From positions 1,349,776 to 1,413,775 of the forward strand of contig NMRA01000024.1 of assembly GCA_002633005.1 (NCBI GenBank): 64,000 nucleotides of DNA. The letters run 5' to 3'. This DNA comes from Phoronis australis. Taxonomy: Eukaryota > Animalia > Phoronida. Of the stretch, positions 12,194 to 25,700 are shown piece after piece; positions within the stretch are counted from its first letter, which is position 1, and the number at the start of each line of letters is the position of its first letter. The position numbers and the translations under genes are program-made. The notes beneath the pieces were generated by a model that saw only the letters and a list, made by a program, of their open reading frames with translations, made no database searches and was not told the origin of the DNA.

Positions 12194-12344
12194 CATGGGC
12201 GGCGCACCATAGGGGGCTGGGGGGGGGGCTATAGCCCCACTTTTTTCAGTGCTATGCCGCACGTGGTCTATAAGGCGGTGCACCGCAGGGGGGCTGAGGG
12301 GGCTTTAGCTCCCTAACTTTTTTGGCAGTGCTGCGCCGCCCATG
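12194..12344. mobile_element. Nested MITE with 5-bp TSD
   Basis: Perfect TIR CATGGGCGGCGCA / TGCGCCGCCCATG; flanks cagtg / ccgtg; internal duplicated G-rich block. Confidence 0.7.
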
Positions 12345-12405
12345 CCGTGCTCCCGATGCCACCATATTTGTACCGAATCTCCCACGTCCGCCCTAGGTGG
12401 GGGCA

Positions 12406-12556
12406 CAGTGGCGGATTAGGGGTGGCCAAGGGGCCATGCCCCCCCCCCTAAAATTCTCCCAGATTCCATTTGGCAGTTCGGGGGTGCGAATTTCTGACGG
12501 GTAGAACTCTGGCTATTTGCCCTGCTAAAAAACTCAAAATCCTGGATCCGCCCCTA
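12406..12556. mobile_element. Nested MITE (CAGTGGCGGAT family) with 5-bp TSD
   Basis: CAGTGGCGGATTAGG ... CCTGGATCCGCCCCTA; flanks gggca / ggaca. Confidence 0.65.
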
Positions 12557-12802
12557 GGACAATTCCGGGGACGAAGCCATCAAGAGTTGAATAACAGTGA
12601 ACCAACACGGAGAGTACACTGACCGGTAGCGAGGAGCTGCCTCAGTGTGAAAATACGAAATTCCCGATGACCTAAAGCTAGTTCAGTGCTGGTCAGCTCA
12701 GCCGTGATTCACTTGAGACAGGCGCTCGTACCCACGGCCGTCTGCGTTCGCTCTAAGGTCAAGATTCGTTTTATTGTGATCCAGTTTCGGGAAAACTTTA
12801 TT

Positions 12803-13725
12803 ATAGACCCTATTCACGCGGCGGCCATTAAGATCCAAAGCGAGGCTCACTGCGATAAACAAAGCGAAAGCAGACATTACGTGAGTTAAATAGCCGGTCT
12901 TTCGAGTCCAACCTGGATATTAAATTTTAATGATGTGTCGACAATTAACCACAGAGACGTAGAAAATTACATTAGAGAACAAGTTCAGGCGCCAAAGAGT
13001 TGTCTGACGAAAGGGTTTAATTTTTTTTTTCAGAAAACTAGGTTCGAAACATAAAAATTAAATATGTCCAAATTGCGGCGATCGTAGTGTTACGGATTAG
13101 GTATTATACTGAATGCAGGGTTACGTTTTTTCTTGTAAATTGTTGATCAAAATACTTTCTACGCGGACCAGGTCATCTGCTCGTATTGTTGACGAGTTGA
13201 AGACATATTCGACAGTGGTGTCTGTCATGTGCAATTAGTCTCATCTGGTTTAATTTGTTGATCAAGAATATTAACATCAAGCATAGCCTGATCCTATGCA
13301 CTCACTGGGACTAACAGTTGTTTTGTCATTGGTCTGAAAGAATAATTGATGTTATTAGATATATTTTTATTAAATNCCCCCCCCCTAAATCTGTAGTCAT
13401 GAAAACACAGCCTGGCTGGCCCATTCTCCGGTCGTTACTATGATGCTTAACAACTGGCGACATGCGACAAAATATGATCTAACTTTTCGAAAACATTTAT
13501 AAATTTTACACGGACTTATTTTGCTTCGTCGCGGCAACGACCCAACGCTTCCGAATCTCAACGTCTTTAGAGATTGTGAAGCAGACAGTTGCGTGTCCGT
13601 ATTTTTTTCTAGCCGTTCGCGGAACAATACGGTCTGAAACACAGAACTATGCCGATAAGCTAACAGAGCTATCGTAGCGAGCCTCGTTTTGGAATGCGCC
13701 TCCTGTCGGCGTGAATAGGGTCTAT
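12803..13725. mobile_element. Nested non-autonomous DNA transposon with ATAGACCCTATTCACGC TIRs
   Basis: Perfect 17-bp inverted repeat plus a subterminal inverted block (tccaaagcgaggctcactgcgata / tatcgtagcgagcctcgttttgga); TSD is AT or TA. Confidence 0.7.
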
Positions 13726-16670
13726 GGTCATTCTTTGAAGTTTTTTTCTGAAAAGTGAGGTCCCGAAGTCCCTGGTAAAGTGTCTTTGGGGCTGTTTCAA
13801 AATGCCTAGTTGAAACACGACCCGTAGTCCAGTTTCCGGTGGCTGGGGAAAAGGATAGTGTGTCCCAAAAATGTACACACTTCCTGAACGCCTGGAGTTC
13901 AAATTCAATTCCCGTGGATGCGGGCCTACTGCATGACTACATTTTATTTTTAACGTGGGTACGTCAATCATAACGTGAACGCGAATCAGGACAAGGAATC
14001 AATTCAGTTTTGAAGAACAAACAAAAACACATTGCTCAATACTACTGGAAACTAAAAACACCAAGGAAGTGCAGACAACCTTTCCAAGGATTTTTAAAAC
14101 GTTTTTTTCTATTTACGGTTTGCGAGCCCAAATTTCATCAATGTCTTTGAGAGTTATTTTAGATATGCAAAAAATCGTCTAAAAATGTACTTTACTATTT
14201 GGGGATCGGATTATAGTTTTTCCAACTTCAGGCTGCAATTAAATTCACTGAAACATCATCCATTCTTACAAGATTAGCTTCTAATTATCAAAAATCATCT
14301 ATTAACCAATCGATTTTCGTAGACACATAAACAAATAAATCAAAAACCAACGAATTTGTTAACGGAATGTTATAAGCAATTCCCGCATGCATGCTTGCAG
14401 ACTCTTGATGGGTAACCGGGGGAATATTCGGCATTCGTATTAAGGTGTATTTTTGCTCATTTTAGAGGTACCTATAACGGTTCACGAGGTAAAATTGAAC
14501 TCCACTGACAAACAAAAAATTAACCTGAAATCTGTGTTTATGATTGCGAGAGTTCTTTGAGTACCCCCTTTCGACATGTACAGGGTCATCACAAATAGTA
14601 GCCTAAACAGTAGTGTTTTCCACATGTGGGAAATCCTTACCGACAACTCATGGTAACCATCTTCAAAAGAGATACTATTTTTGTGATACGGAAACAGTAA
14701 CATTATTTTATAACTAACCATCGGAAGTAGTTCTTCTGTGTAGTTCACAAATAGTGGTCTTGGCGTTCTTCAAAATTACATTCTTTAGATGGCGGCAATC
14801 ATACTGTATTTTTTCACAGTTATGGTCGTTTGGGTCGAATGGCTGTGCTGTGCACGAATGTTTTGTGTTTTTTGATGAATTTGGAATCTCAGCTTCCATC
14901 GTGAATACTTGGCAGTGTCGGATTCATGTTTTGAGGGACAAAGGGACATTTACCCCGGCCTGCTCCACGGAGAGAGGGCACCGTCTGAAATGGGACACCT
15001 TAAGAGGAAAGACTAAACATCATTAAGCTTGCGAGGACATCAATAAATCAAAAATAAACCGAAAAGTTGTCTATGTTATTCCTTGCCAGAAAGGGCATCT
15101 GAAAAAATATAGTTTTGCATTCGCAAAACTTATTGAATTTAAAAAAATTAGTAAGATCCACAAAAGCTTCGCTTTACAAATTTTCGTGCATGACTTCAAG
15201 TGCGTTTAGACGACCTGTGTTGCAAAAGCAGAGACCCCAAGGACAATGTCCTGGCCAGGGTCCTCAAAGGTAAACCATGCACTGATGCAGAGTTGTAAAA
15301 TGTTCTCTTGAATTTTCTCTCTTATCGGTCTTTCTTTTCTCGACATCACCTCCACCCCACGCCTATGTCGGTTGCCACAGTTTAAACCCTGACACCTGAA
15401 AATTTTGGGGGGTCCGTGCCCCCCAGCCCCCCCCCCCCCCCCACCGCTTCCTACGGCCCTGATTTCTCTGCACACAACACTCAAGGGACATTTCCTTAAT
15501 TCTTACTCACAACCATAAAGCACTTTGTCCAGTTGCAAAACATTTGTCTCGTACTTTCCATGCCAAAGAAGAAGAAGGGTGAATATCATTTGCATCCAGA
15601 CCACTGGCACTGGGTTGAATGTAAAAGCAGGAAATGTCCATGAAAGGTGTTACCCAAAGGATAAGCCAAACTGATAGTTATACAAACAGTCATTGTCAAA
15701 AACAATTATAGTCAAAATGATTATTAATTGGATCATGCAACAAATATCAGTTGTTGTAGATAGCAACCAATGAATAAAATTCTTAAAATCGTGACAGTTA
15801 ATACAGCAAGAAAGGTGAAATTATAAGATACAAGTATCATAATTTTGAACAACTGTATAACAATGTCATCAATAAACTCTTTTCTCTTGGCTAGAGAGAT
15901 CTCTCAAACTTATATGGCCAATCACTGAACATGATCACTATACTAAAAAAAGGTGCAGCCTCGTTAAAAACATTACTGAGAGCTCATTTCAGGAAAATTG
16001 CCTCCAGTCTTCCAGAATCCAGGCACATTCTTTGACAGTGTACAACTAACCTTAAAACTCCAAGATGTAAAAAAATGTGTGACAAAAGGTTTACAATCAC
16101 AGGGGTGATTTTCAAAACAGAAACCTCCAAATCCCCTCTCCCCTTCAGCCCCCAGAGTCTATGTCAGTGTGGGACATTTTCTCATTTATCCAAAAGTTTT
16201 TGTGACATTCCTGAACTGCTTGCACAATCAAAGTGTCAGCAAGAGTCAAGCATGTGCAAATTAGCATTCATAATCACTCACAACATTTATCTTAACTTAT
16301 TTTTTGTTAATTAACAATACACTGAACAATACATTTTAAGTTTGGAGGCTCTTACTTATGAAAGTATGCCTTTTTGACAAAAGATAACAAAATGTCCCAT
16401 TTTTTAATATAATCCCTGGGGCCTGGTGCTTAAAATTATTTTTTATGAGGTATAGACAAGCTGCCTGCTGGTAATCACACAAATGAACTGTGACACAGCT
16501 GAGGATTACTTATACAACAGCCGTCCTCGAGTCTTCATGCCACGCAAGCTGTGAGAAAAGTGATCGTTTTGTGCTGGGAGATGGCAACTTGCCAACACTG
16601 AAATGCTTCCGAGTTGCATGTCTCGGATTGAGGGCTTTTGGGGGACCAGTTGGCCACTGACACGGCAGAC

Positions 16671-16725
16671 TTACTGCTTGACAGGTGTTGACGGTACCAC
16701 TTGCTTCAAGACTTTTGCGGACTCT
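16671..16725 (-). CDS. HEATR9: HEATR9-like candidate last coding exon
   Basis: Acceptor actttttcag, phase 2; (R)ESAKVLKQVVPSTPVKQ*. Confidence 0.55.
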
Positions 16726-19700
16726 CTGAAAAAGTTTTTTAAATATTTTAAAATTGCGATCTGTCAGATATCGATTTTCAGAAAAGAGAAGGAAAGACAC
16801 AGTGTTTGTTCTCCACCATGTGGGCAGAGTGATAGACTGCCATCACGAAAATATACAGGAGCAACTTTGATATGAACACTCAAATCACAAAATCAATAGT
16901 CAGCACTTTCACTTTCAGTTTAATGACTATCGTCTCTACTGCATGTGTGCTCACCCTGGATGGCACGTCACTTTGCTATTCACCTGACGAAATGAAAAAC
17001 AACAGAACACAAACACAAACTCACACAAAAACAAGATCGGTGAAATCTCTTAGCATTCGTTGTCCTGACAGGCAAGTCACTCCTTTTAATCATAGGTGGA
17101 AAACACCTATTATTGAAAACCATTAACCCCGACAATTTTTGACATGTATTACTGCTGACAGCTGGACAGAATGACAACACTTACATAATGCAACCGCACA
17201 TGTGGGCACGTAAAAATCATAACACAGGAAACAATTATGGTAAGCGCAAAAGCCAAGAATATCTGAAAACACATCACAACCAAACAAACTGATGAAAACA
17301 ATGCAAAAATGAAATGCTTTTTGAGTGATTGGTGTGTCAAGTACTTATAGATAATATTTCACTAAACACCACTGATTTCACACAAAACTATGTAGTGCAG
17401 ACTATCCCCCATGAGATGGTCATCTTTTAACACAAATCATAACAATTCAACGTACCGCCTACAGTTTCTCAGTAAACAGCAAAAAATACCTGTATTTCCC
17501 TGGAATGTCTATTTTAAACAATGGCATAACTAAACTCATTTGTCAACAACTTAACATTTACCTGGTGGCGTATTTGTCAACTATCAGATATCTCCACTTT
17601 TCTAGGTAATTATAAGCTCATTTAGATCTAAACGTTATCAAAATCTTACAAGGACCCATTTAGCGGGACTAAACTGCCTCATCATCGTTATGTTGAATAG
17701 TGAAGAGTTAATTAGGTGTACATTACAGAGCATTTAAGAGCCCACTCTAACTATCCAGAATTATTGTAGACAAATAAAACAAGATGACGATAAAGATGAT
17801 GACGAATATGACGACGATGGTGGCGAGGTTGAATAAAAGAAGTAATAACAACATACACATGACGAATGTTGAAGTCCGAAATCAGTAAGAAAAAGGCTAC
17901 AGTTTTGAGCGACACTTGGCGAAATTAACAGAAAAGACATGACGACGGAGATGATTACGAAGATGATGACGATGATGACGAATATGATGACGGTGGTGGC
18001 GATGATGAACAACATCACAACATTCATATGACGAACTTAGATGCCATAAATCAATAAGAAATAGGCTACAGTCTAGTTCAATAGAAGATAAACCAAAATC
18101 AATGCAGCAAGAGCGCTCAACAAAGGAACAGCGTTATCAGAAAATTTCAAATAACTCGAAAAGTAGACGTCCTAGCAAAAAATGGAAAACATCTTCTGAA
18201 AGCCCGTTCAAAATTCTATCTAAACTGATGGTATCGCCTAATTCCGTAAATTTTTCGAAAAAAAATGAAATTTTGCGTTTTTTTAAGAAACTCAAAGTCA
18301 AATAACTCGAAAACGGTAAGTCTGAGAAAAAAATTGTTACAGTTCATTTGAAAGAGTATACCTTAGAGAATCCACATGCAAAAATTCACGTCATTTTCTT
18401 CTCTCATTTAAATAGCACCTAAGTACGACTGGAAATGGGTCAACATGCGCCAGAACCGCCATCTTGAAAGCAACTTCCGGTTTTTTGGCTTTGTATAATA
18501 GCACGTCATAAGAAACTAATACTTTTAAACATTCCCATAATGCGCCCTCTACGGGAGAAAACGTTTTTAGGCCAAAATCGAGGTGCGCATGCGCGATCGC
18601 CGATATTTCCGCCATCTTTAACCAGAAGTAAACAATTTCCGGCATACATGTAGTGCACATCCGGGACATTCATTGTGTTGATTTTCAGCTCTGTACGTAA
18701 AAAATTGTAGCCTCCAGAAGCCTTTGAATCTTAAAATGAAAACAAAATGGCCACCACAGCCGCCATCTTGGATTCGATTTTGATGAAAAACAATAGGCTT
18801 CCAGTACTTCTGGAAGTATATGTTATGTGTAAATTTCGTGATGATCGGACGAAAATTGCGACCTGTATCGTGCGAACAAACAAAAAAAAACAAACTTAGT
18901 GTCAGAGTAATCAGTTGACATGGAGAACAGTACATTGTAGCTAGAAGCCCACAGCAAGGAGAAAGATGATCAATTTCAAACAGCCATAAACCCACATTTC
19001 ATCACAGAAATTGACTTTTTATTTACATCCGCATTTACCATGACGAATATGGTTTCAAACTAGAGGTGCTTCAAACGTACTGAAAGTTTGTTATTTCTTT
19101 AGACTAAGCTTAGTTGATTTGAAGCAATAATGACCTGACAGCTCTTCCCCAGTTCATATAGATCACTTCTTAACTAAAGACCAATTTCATAACGGTAAGG
19201 GTCTAAATCAAAACTTGATGTTTTGATAGAAACCACAGGTTTAATACCGCTTTGAATTAATTGTCATGCTTCTTGTTCATTTTTAACCTTTTTAAAAGTA
19301 TTATAATTTTTCAGTTGAACTGAAAGCTCTTAATTCATGACCAAGAGTGTTGAAAAGTTGTTTGCAATCACTTGACTGCCATGTTATGAAAATTCTAATC
19401 GTTTTGAAAATGATTTACAGTGAGTCCACCACAGTACAAGACTACATAGGTTACATATAGGCTAGCACGAGGTAATAATATGCTGTTGTTTTAATCTTGT
19501 AAAGCATTATTGACACTAAATGAAACGTGAAATTTTGTCCTAATAACTAAATATCAGTTAAATTAATTTTGTAGGCGTCTGAGCAATATACTGATCATTA
19601 GTCAGACTGTCTCTCTATCTAGGGGTATCCAGCAGTGAATACGCACTACTAGAAACTTCGCACAACCCACCGGTCAGCAATTGCACTCCTCTCTCCCAGC

Positions 19701-22700
19701 AAAGTCTCAATAAGTCAAAATTATTCCCAGTGAATACTAAATTAGCCCATTCCCTTATCCTTCTTCCACTGAAGACCCACTCAGCCAGTCTCCCTTACCA
19801 CCTCTTTCACAAGACTCACTTAAATAGTCAGACTTCCTTCTCCTATCTTCCACTGAAGTCCCACTTAGCCACTCTCCCTAGACTCTCACTTCCCCTCTCT
19901 TCTAGTAAAGACCCACTCAGCCAGTCTCCCTTCCCGCCTATTTCATTGAAGATCCACTTGGCTAGTTTCCCTTCCCCCTGTTCTAGCCCGCCAGTCTACC
20001 ATTCCTCTGTTCCAACAAAGACTGTTAGTCAGCAATAACCCCATCTTCCAGTGAAGACCCACTTAAGTCATCACTCCTTCCCAGAGTTCCAGTGAATCAG
20101 TCAGCACACCCACCCTTCACTACGAATGAAAACTCTGACACTTAGCATATCTTCTCTTCAGGTCTAACTCGGCCATCATAACCTCCCATGCTCATCTTCT
20201 AGTGAAGACTCACTTAGCCAACATTGCTAATCCTATCTCAATACTGAGAAGCCAACATTCGAGAATAAAAGAGCAGGATATCTGCATCTAGGCCATATAT
20301 ACTGCAAGGGCCAGTACACCATGACAATGCTTTTGTTATACACGCCTCCAATGAAGACCCTTACTTAGCCATCCTTCCCTCTCCTCTCTCTATATAGACA
20401 CTCATTTACCCAGAATTCCCTCCCCTTTATCTAAGTGAAGATTCATTTAGTCAGCACTCCCGTGCAAATCCCAAGTGAAGGATCCACTTAGCCATCAGTC
20501 CCTCACCTCTCTCCAAAAATCACTTAATTATTTACTCAGCACCTCTCCCTCTTCCTCTCCAAGTGAAGACTCACCTAGCCAGCATACCATCTCCTCTCTC
20601 CATAAAGACTTAATTGTATACCCAGCATCCCCCTCTTTCCAAGTGAAGACTCACCTAGCCAGCATACCATCTCCTCTCTCCATAAAGACTTAATTGTATA
20701 CCCATCATCCCCCTCTTTCCAAGTGGACTCACCTAGCCAGCATACCTTCTCCTCTCTCCATAAAGACTTAATTGTATACCCAGCATCCCCCTCTTTCCAA
20801 GTGGACTCACCTAGCCAGCATACCCTCTCCTCTCTCCTTCTCTCTCAGCGCCCTGATGATGCGCTTGTCCTGTAAGCCCAGCGACCCAAATGTACGGATG
20901 ACCATGAGTCGAACGTACTCACTGGAGTCGAGTTCCAGCATCTCAATCAGTAAGCGGATGATCTTATCGCTCTTCACTCCCAGAGTTCCCTGAAATAATA
21001 TTTGCGGAGATGTCAAGCTTACAGGGTACTAAGCAGGAAAACAGGCACTCTTCCAAAGCATGCTCAGGAAATTGCCAACTTTTATAACGATTATGTTTAT
21101 TTAAAGCCGCAATCAACCATGTTCTGTGTTAAAATGTTTGCTGTCAGGATTATTTGTCATTCCACAGCACTGTCAGTCTTATCCTTGGCTTGAACTGATA
21201 CGACCATACAAGAAATAGCCAAGAATAACCCAGAAAGCCATACTGCATTTGGTGACCAGTAAGTGCCACGACAAGTAACTTACAGGGCCAGGGGTGAAGC
21301 AATAACAGTCAATCACTTTTTCTAGGGACTATAAATCATTTTTGATTTAAGAAAAGAACGAGATCAACTTTTTAACTATTAAATAAGTGGATTTTTGACA
21401 ATGAGAATTAAGGTACCTTGAAATATGTGTTTGGAATATAACATTCAACATGCAAAACCATACAAGCCTTGATGGCTAAAGAAATATAATGCCATAAGCC
21501 TACAATTGTGGTCCAGCAAACAAAAGAGTAGCGAAGAAACTCAACAATGAAGCATTCAGGTGACTTCTATTAAAATGCAAATTCACCTTGTGAATGCCAA
21601 AAGCAATCACGTAAGTTTATGCAAACAACATTTCCAGCCTCTATCAATAACATCCCCCAGCAAGTGTTCAAATAGGCTTAAATGAGATAACCATTATGAT
21701 AGTACAATAACTATCTTCTTCGTTGTCACAGTAAAACAGTCAACTGCTCAACCACCATTTCAACCTTTCTGCATTTAACCTGACAATAAAGCTAAAGTCT
21801 GTGGCACTAGAACCTCATCTGAAATTGCAAGCCTCTTATTTTCTCCTCGGGCAATTGAACTCACTGTTATACATTACTTTACTGCAGACATTGAGTTAGC
21901 GTTAAAGATAATAATGTTTGCAAAACATGCATGCTCATGTTAAAGTCTCATACACCAACATCTTTTCATAAAGTGGAATCTTGCTTTTAATACGTTAAGC
22001 TAGTGTTCCAAATTACACATGCTAAAACCATGGACCAAATGGCATTCATTGAATTCCTCGAGTCCAATAGTTGGAAACAAAGAAATATTTATGAGCAAAT
22101 TTATACAAAAGTGTTTTGACGTAGAACAACTACAATAGTTGGATGAAATATCATCTCTCGAGAAATTAGATTCCAATAAACTATTTAAAAACAGACTCAT
22201 TCCAGAAGAATATGCCAGATGTCTCCAAACAAAATATTTATTTTCAGCTCTTGCACGCTTAAGTGTTCAAATTACTGAAAATGGAAAACGGGCAGACACT
22301 TAGGTATGTAGCAACAGATCAACCTTTGGGCTCTGTATAGTTACACAACACAGGATGAAACACGCGTTTTAATAGTGTTCAGCAGAAAGTGAAGGCCTCA
22401 AGAGAAATATTTGTCGTAATATTAAAAACTTCAGTGTCAACCTGCACTTATTTGATGAACACCTGCAACTTTTGGAGCTTAGATGGTTTCATTCACCAGC
22501 TTTTTACTATAAATAATTATTTTAATTCCTTGTATTATGTCACATCACATGCACAGACCGACAATTCTCGAAAATTCTCACTGGACAAAAGTCACGTTGT
22601 CTGGGACCTATTCTCACAGTCCTTTCACGCGTCAATCATTTTGGGCTTGGAGGGGGTACGTAATCCACGAAGTGCCTTACAATTTTGCAAAGGGTTGTAA

Positions 22701-25700
22701 ATCATGAGTGTCTTTCACATGCAACAGACCTCTTGAAATTAACATACAAGGTCATTGAAAGCAATTCTTTCTGAGCCCTGCTCTTAGACATTACCATACT
22801 GTCCCAAATAGACTTTGTACATAAACAAAACTTAACAAAGGGTTAAAGTCTTGGCTGAGAAGGTAACCATTTTATTACCCGATGTACATTCTGAAAAGCT
22901 GAGCCCAGAATGATTACGCCCTTGTATTTGCCACATTGTGTCTAGTATGGGACATAAGCCGAATTACTGACATAAACTTAAATAAATTCACAGCCACTAA
23001 CTAATAATTTACTTGAGTAAACATTAAAAGCTCTTTTAATTTGACAAATATGAAAACTCATCTGGAGCTGGCAAATGTGGCAGTTTCTTTGATTTCGCAA
23101 ACGACTGTACTCAATGGAAAGAGCAACATGTTAAGCATGGAATTCTTCTCTGGGTTTGGTTGGCTCAGGGTACAAACTGCATAACCTAAATGCCCAACTG
23201 TACTGAAACATTGCTTCTACCTATATCTTAATAGTTTCCCACTGGATGTATACGAATTTATTGCAAACAAACTTAGATTATGTTTTTGAAGCATCAATAC
23301 TGGTGCAGAAATAACAAAGTTGCAATTTGTGTTCACTTTAAATCTGAGTCCTCCTGCGCACTCTCCACAACAATATGGCTAGCGAACAATGAACCTGAAT
23401 CTACTAACAACATAATTGATATGGTCTGAGCTGAATCCAGGCATAGCCTTATGTCTGGTGGAGATACACGTTTCACGCCCACTTTGAGTTTCAATATTTC
23501 ACCTCATGACATAGACGTGTTTTTTACACATTTCATACGTGAATTTTGTTTCATGATTACTAATAAAAGCTCTTGTACTTCGCCAATGGACTTGAACAAA
23601 AATTGCTGTCGTCAAGAAGCCTCTTTATAAGAACTGCTGATTCAATATCCCTTTGTATGTAAAAGAATAAGTGTCACAGAAACGATGACTTCAGGGCAAA
23701 AAAAAAACGCTGGCTTAAATAAATTGATATTTCATGACTAAAATTAGGATCATTTTTCACTCAAAAAATCAGATAAAAATTTTCCACAATAGATGTGTTA
23801 ATCATGCTTTGTATCTACCGATAAATTGCAAAAATTACTAAAAATTTTCGGCTTCTCAGACTAGGGATAATCTCATCACAAGCAGACAGCCAATTATTGT
23901 TGACTATGAGCAATCTCTGTTGTATTCCTTAATCCCCAAACAAAAGTAAGTTCTTCTTCAAAGCTGTGGCACTATGCTAACTGGCTATTATGATTCTGAC
24001 CAATCAGAGCCATTCACACTTGACAGTAAGGAAATGTACTAGGATGACCTTTTCAGCTTATGGGAACATTTGAGTGCAGATTACAAATAAGGGTTGAATG
24101 ACTGGACATTTCCAATGGCCACTGGGCTTTATGTTGCAAGGAATTAGTAAGCCATATGGAAGTGATTAGGATTAATCCTAGGTTAAGTATAGGACAATAT
24201 CCCCATGTCTGTGTGTTCAGTTAAAAGTCTATTAAACAAAAGAATTGAAATTATTGGAGAGCAGTGCATAAGACATAGCACCTGAAAGTTTAAGGTGACT
24301 TCAATCAGTCATTTCTGAGATATTATACTACAAAGTTACCCAAATATGGACATTTTTCTAGGTTCCTACATAATCATAATTCAAGAGGAGGCCGTGTGGG
24401 CTAGTGGGATAATTGTACGTTTCCTTTACTCAAGGAAGTGAGGCAAACTGCTAGATCCTTTAGTCAGGTCTCTACGTCCTTAAGTCGAATTTAACAATAA
24501 AGCATAAAATGGTACCAGGTGATCAGTGCAATGGGTCCATCTGAGCGGCCTGCGGACGTCTGCTACAACGTGTACCAGACTACCTGCAATTCATAATTAA
24601 GATATGATATACAAGGGATGTCCACCTACACAAAGTCATATAACGAACGTTCATGCTCACGCGTAGACGCTTGAATGACCTATAGGGACTCCTACAGTAT
24701 ATAGCGTGCAAATCACAACTCATCACTCAACAATCTCACAGACTACTTACCAGAGAAATAACAGCATGAGCTCGGCTGTCTTCATTCTGGTCGTCAAGAC
24801 GCCTACAAGAAAATGAAACCTACTCGGTGAATCTGAAGTGTCACTGTCACTCGTAGTCAAACAGATGGCATGTTTTTCTGTGAAGTCATTTTGAAAATAG
24901 TATATAGTAGCTAGAAAAACTAATTAGGACTTTATTTACTTCAAGAACTGTCTCACTTGTTGATGCAGATTAAAGCCTATCTTCAACGGTAACACCTGAA
25001 AATTTGGTTCCTACAGTATGTTAAGAGCATCCCTCTGAGTTCACTAGTGCTATAAATTGTCAAACGTAACAAACTGTTAGGCGTATTAGCTTGCTTTTGT
25101 CTACATCACCGCGAGAATCACCTTTTAAGCTGCAAATAACACCCCCACAAAATGGTGCTCTATTCAGACCCCCATTCAATACAACCTTTTGTTGTTTGTG
25201 CTGGGATCTCACGGTGACGCAACATGGCACGAAAAGGCAGCTTCACTTTTCATTTGATAGGCTTACATTTGCGTGATTGAACTCACGTTTTCTTATTTTG
25301 CTAGGACTATCTGGTTAGCCAAATACATCTAAAATAACAAAATTCCGTTGAAGTTAGGCTTTAAGTTGCAGCATACTGCTGGACTTAAAATAAAAAATCC
25401 CATCTCTCCAAGATACATAATATCCAAAAATCAGGTAGTATTTTCTAGGATTATATTTTGAATAAATTTTGATCCAAGAAATCTAGAAAAGCAACTACAC
25501 CTCATTTCCACAAAAGTCTAGACAGAGGTTTTCTGTACAGCCTCGCTTGTTTTCAATCAAACCACAGACTAATAGCAAAGTCACGCAGCCAGACAAGGTT
25601 ATTTCAAAGACGTCAAGATTATGAAAAACCTTATTGACAAGTTTGCGCTGTCATATAGCCAAATATCTACAAAACTAAAGATTTCAACTCCGAATAGTAA

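Larger units (their letters stand above)
12085..15461. mobile_element. 3.4 kb non-autonomous DNA transposon with 5-bp TSD (hAT5-like), carrying nested insertions
   Basis: TIRs CAGGCCCGTAGGAAG / CTTCCTACGGCCCTG (14/15); identical ATTTC flanks at 12080-12084 and 15462-15466. Confidence 0.7.

Noticed and set aside
12080-15466. Transib/RAG-like transposon suggested by the 5-bp TSD
   Set aside because: Ends are CAGG/CATG/CAGT, not CAC-heptamer RSS-like, and no RAG-like ORF is present
17761-18027. Hydrophobic 88-aa ORF resembling a membrane peptide
   Set aside because: Translation artefact of (ATC/GTC)n repeats
19725-20832. CRISPR-like array (also considered for 40679-40899 and 31336-31582)
   Set aside because: Units are contiguous with no unique spacers, there are no cas genes, and the context is a eukaryotic intron
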